This document shows, piece after piece, positions 59,428 to 64,000 of a DNA stretch of 64,000 nucleotides. Position numbers and translations under genes: made by a program. The notes under the pieces were generated by a model. The model had not been told where the DNA came from, searched no databases, and was given only the letters and a program-made list of their open reading frames with translations. The stretch is from Bispira polyomma (lineage: Eukaryota): NCBI GenBank assembly GCA_965649765.1, contig OZ287748.1, positions 67,084,001 through 67,148,000 on the forward strand, in the 5' to 3' direction. The first letter of the stretch is position 1, and every line of letters begins with the position of its first letter.

Positions 59428-62094
59428 TTAACATGACTCTTGACAGACTCTTGATAAACTATGCATGCCTATGCTTAACTTTTAGCCTGGAAAGATTTGC
59501 AGACCTGAGTCTTGCCAAGCTAACTAAGTTAGTGTTAATTTTTAATTTCTATAGCGCCACAACCGATGACCAGGCATCCTCGGTGGTGCACTTCCCAAAC
59601 ATTATGCAAAAGAATAGTTTGAAAGATGACAAGGTTAACTCTGGATGCATCTCAGCTTTCAACTCATAATAATACAGATTAAATAAGTATGGATCTCTAT
59701 AATAATAAGTAAAATGTTTAAATACCATTGGTGTCACTGCAAAGAAAACTGGATTTATTATAACCACATATATATACAGTGCTACCTACTCATTTGTTAT
59801 GGCATCATCAACCACCAATGTTCTGCTTGTTCAGAAATATTTCTTAATAAAATGAGTAATCAGCATGTCTTTATACAGTAAATACTTTGCAAAATTGATG
59901 AAGTAATTAAAGAACAGAAAAAATACACTGTTCGCGAAAAAAAGGGGTTAAACAGTCTGTTAGAAGCTGTATCACAACGGTTCTATAGTAAAATTCGACC
60001 CTCTTGCAAGTTTTATGATCGATCATATAATCAATGTGATGTGACAATTGCTTTACTTATGTTACCTTGTTGTTGTTACACAGTTTTTAGATTAAACTGT
60101 CAACAAAGCACATTGTTTGCTCTCCTTCTTTTGTGAAGGTAAGAACCATTAAATGTGGCATATAAAGTGTCCATGAAAAAGTAGCACAATACTTTCTGAA
60201 TAATTTATTCATTCATTTTATGAACTTGGAAAAAAACAATACCCATCATTGAATCACTGAGTGGTCAAATATAAACAATGCTAAAGTTCTTTTTGTTGAC
60301 AAGTCATTTGTGTCTGTGTGTACATGTAACCCATTGGCAGGTGTTATTTTTTGCCTTAATAAAAAGATTGTCTATGTAAATACCATAAATGGTAGTATTT
60401 GTGTAGGCTACAGCCATTAAATAGTCACATACCATTTTTATGTCGTGAAATGCTTTTCCCCGATTCATTTACTGATAAAGAGATGTGGTCGGTGCATGTA
60501 TATATCGTTTGATGAATTTACATCAGGCAGCGGTGGTGATATGGCACATGGACCATTTACAAAACTAAAAGGGCATATCAGTAGAGTGCATACCTCGGCT
60601 AAGAGACTACAATGTGAACAAATGAAACAATATTCCTAGAACATTCCTACTATCCAGATCAACACCAAAATTTTAATGGATACTTTTTGTCTTGTTCCAT
60701 GTCCTGTGCTTTCATTTAAATTGGTTCAATAGTTTTCTGTAATCCTATTTGCAAACAAATCAATGGAACCAGGCAAAACATAATGTTCACTTTCGGTTTA
60801 GATAAGGGTATTGTAATGTTAACACTGAGATATACTTACAGGCAATTAACTAAATCCCCCCCATCTGTGGCAATATATTTTGTTTGAAGTTTCTCATCTT
60901 TTTACAAAGGATTTTTTTAATTATCACAATTTATCCAATCTATGCCCATGAAGTAAATGTCTTTCAGTAATGCCAATAGTAATGTCAATAAATAGGTCAA
61001 TTATTAGTTTTACAAGATTTTTATAAATTATATATAGGAATACCGATTAAAATATATTGTGGTTTTCTACCAGACATAAAACCTCCTGTGTGTCTTGTCA
61101 TAAAAAATATTACAAAAGAAGAATCTATGAGGCCCCCAACAATAAGATAAAATTAGCCATTCTTCCATTTTGATAAAGGATTTCCCCTTGAGAGATGCAC
61201 ACCATAGTGTGACCTAGATGGCATGTAATTAAATGGTGGAAAAAATCTTAACACTTTATTGAAAACATTGCAGACAAATATATTTAGTCGATTTTGGCAT
61301 TTACCAAATTCACCATAAAGCTTAGGTATTACACACAACAATTAAAGCTGTGAAAAGAAGTAAATCAAGATTCATGGAAAATCGTTGGGATGCTTCTTTT
61401 AATGCTAAAGTCAGTCAGACAACATTAATATCTTTAATATTTTACTCATTTTATTCACACCCACTTCCCCTACTACTTCCTCTGTGGTTCTAGCTATGCG
61501 TCGTCTGAGGGGCAAGGTGCAGACGAAAATACTGGTACATGATGTCTTACTTAACACCATGGCGCAGGGGTGTAAGGGGGTGTAGTGGCAATGATGGGCT
61601 TGTCCGTCTTGTCCATAATGGAGCCACTCCGGATTTGGTAGCTACTTTTGCAGAGGTTGCGCATCCTATTGTAAATATACTATTCTTAAATTGTGTGTGA
61701 TATATATGTCTTTACTACATTGTATATTACCTAAATGTTGTTAACATAATGTATGTTCATTGCATGTACCATAAGTATAACACAACTAACTCTGAGTCTG
61801 TAGTTTTAGATGTGTGTAAGGGAGTGTGACAGCAACTTCCTAGGCAGGACATGGACTTATGACAAAAATACCCATGGACCATGCTCAGCGAATTTACTCG
61901 ATTTCATGCAATTCACATCATTACTGTCAGTATGTTCTCTCCAACCATGGTTATTGTACTAGGGCCTAAGGTCTTCTCTGTTCTCTCTGTTTGATCATAA
62001 ACATGAAATTTAAGTCACAGCATACTCCAAAAACCACAACTTAACATTCGATGAAATAAAAGCTCGTGAAACTATTTAAAATTAAGACACATAG

Positions 62095-62470
62095 TTATAA
62101 CAAATTAAAAATAAAACAATCAAGCATTTTAGATAGCTTCAAACATTGATTTCCACACCAACCATTTTTTAATAGTTTAGATAGCATTTCCTGTTCTTCA
62201 TATTCTATCCTTAATATTTTGTGAAGATAGTATATATTCAAGTTCCTACTGCCTTTGACACACATAAGAATATAACATCTTGTCATTAATAAAATAAAAT
62301 TCAGAGGCCAAAAGTTTTCATCTTGAATTTTCATGGTGCTATCTAAAGCAATTTCAAATCCAATTTTTGCTTCAATCCAGTTTTGGACGTTTTTCCATAG
62401 AGTATTTACCTTATGACACTCTGAAAACAACAATTTTCCCTAACCTGTCCACAAAGTCTGCACAGGTTAC
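62095..62470 (-). mobile_element. L1/Tx1-like LINE 3' relic
   Basis: LFSECHKVNTLW..W..NFILL..R.YI resembles the post-RT zinc-finger region of Tx1-type ORF2. Confidence 0.6.
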
Positions 62471-64000
62471 AATTTACTACTTTATTTTTTTTAAATAGTG
62501 TCTAAGGGATTTTTAAATAGGGTTCAAGGTCCAAGGTCTTAGTGAGCTAGGATAAGCTGCTGTATCTTGGACACTTGATATATTGCATAGTGGAGGTTTT
62601 TAGATTTTCTTGCCAGTCGCCGTGATTTTAACTCTCTTTTATCTTTTTGGGGGGTATTGATATTCATATACTTTACATGAAATATAAGTGTGAAATATAA
62701 ATGTTTTGGGCCAACTTAGCTCTATCATATTAATGTGTAAACTAATGTATACATCTTTAATGAATACCATATGGTAACCTTAAAACTTTAAGGTTGTCCT
62801 AAAACTCAAACTCTATCTTAATCTAAGGTAGCCTTAGCAAATACCAAGGCTACCCTTAATCTAAAATCATATCTTCGGTCACCTTAACCTGAAAACTCAA
62901 CTTAAAGTAATCGTATCTTCCAAACTTAAGCTCATAGGGTTAAGGTGGCCCAACAATCAAGTATGTAAATAAATATTAGTGGCTAATATAGAAATTAAAC
63001 TAATGTCCCCACTCTACATCTTTTACTGACTTGTCTTGATATGAACTTGTTTCAAGGTTAAAATGATATATTTAGCTGTCATGTGCCATAAAGCACTGGA
63101 TATGGATTTTTATGGTAGCAATCCAAGGTCAATTGAGCCGTAAAGTAGGGTAAATATTTTTATCAGTAAATACAAATAGGTTACAGTTCACAAAAACATA
63201 CATGCACCCATTTTTTTCAAATATTACAATATTAACACTACATATCTATATAACTTTAACACAAAGTGTACCATTTGTATACAATATATATTAATTTACT
63301 ACAATAGCAAATATTTTTATAGCTTTGTATATTATAGTATTACTAGAAGGTGCCCATGCAACAATAGTGACCTCATGAAAAAGTATGTTGTGACGTTGGG
63401 TTACCAAGCTGACATCATTTACACATAATTAGGACTTCACTCTCACTTCCACTGGTGTCACTTTGGCAAACAGAAGTAGTCAAGTTTAGTATAAAAATAT
63501 GGGAGGAGTTTAGTAACCGCTCTCTAGCCAATAGGGATTTACTTAAGTAAATAGGGATAGCTTCTGAGTAAAGATCTATCTTCTTAGAGATGAGAAATCT
63601 CCGTATTGACTCTAGAGAAAGGCAATTTATTTTGTTCCCTAAATGGTTTGTACTGTTGACCCCATGTGATACATGACTCCTCCAGCCATCGGTGCCTGCT
63701 ATATGGAAACAGATGAAGTTAAAACACAAGATTTGTCTGACATCCCTAAGTTTTGCTGGGTAGATTTTTTTCCAACCAATCCATGAAGGCCTTAAATATT
63801 ATTTCCAACATATGGCAGCAATATGAAGCAGCTCCTGATACTATTAATCTGACAACCCCCAGTGAAGGCCTTACATATTATTATATATTTTTTTGCAACA
63901 TGGTGGCACTTTGCAACATGGCCACGCTCTTTTCAGAGTAGTAACAATAGCATGCTGCGCCGGTTAATAAGAATTGAATGCGTCAGCTACAGTGAAACAA

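Noticed and set aside
60068-60197. Candidate upstream (HG-motif) exon of the channel
   Set aside because: Has splice-like ends, but the frame I translated contains a stop and no HG motif; the 5' exon is probably outside the window.
63415-63729. 104-aa minus-strand ORF containing SHG
   Set aside because: Lacks the F..T..HG context of DEG/ENaC N-termini and has no supported splice link; probably a repeat relic.

Overview
This is AT-rich, intron-rich animal genomic DNA, probably from a lophotrochozoan invertebrate (inferred from the repeat content and domain repertoire). One minus-strand gene runs across almost the whole window. I could assemble 24 GT-AG exons (57935 to 2683) into a single phase-consistent, stop-free frame of 6371 nt (~2120 aa) encoding a giant DEG/ENaC (ASIC-like) channel subunit. 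I did not find the N-terminal HG exon or the TM2 exon in the window. The channel carries two very large extracellular insertions. The first is a 15-exon, ~1107-aa PAN-MAM-kringle-LDLa-MAM-MAM[CUB]-MAM-linker cassette in the finger domain. The second is a ~680-aa helical plus acidic Ser-Gly-repeat insert in the knuckle. The introns hold a 22.7-kb, TA-flanked, intron-containing DD35D pogo/Fot1-like transposon ending in tandem PHD fingers. That element contains nested copia, SINE, L2, MITE, Ngaro and Penelope insertions. A near-intact Ngaro-type tyrosine-recombinase (YR) retrotransposon with split direct repeats sits in another intron. Both Ngaro elements conserve an in-frame Gag-to-YR splice donor/acceptor pair. 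All calls come from manual reading and translation; no searches were run.
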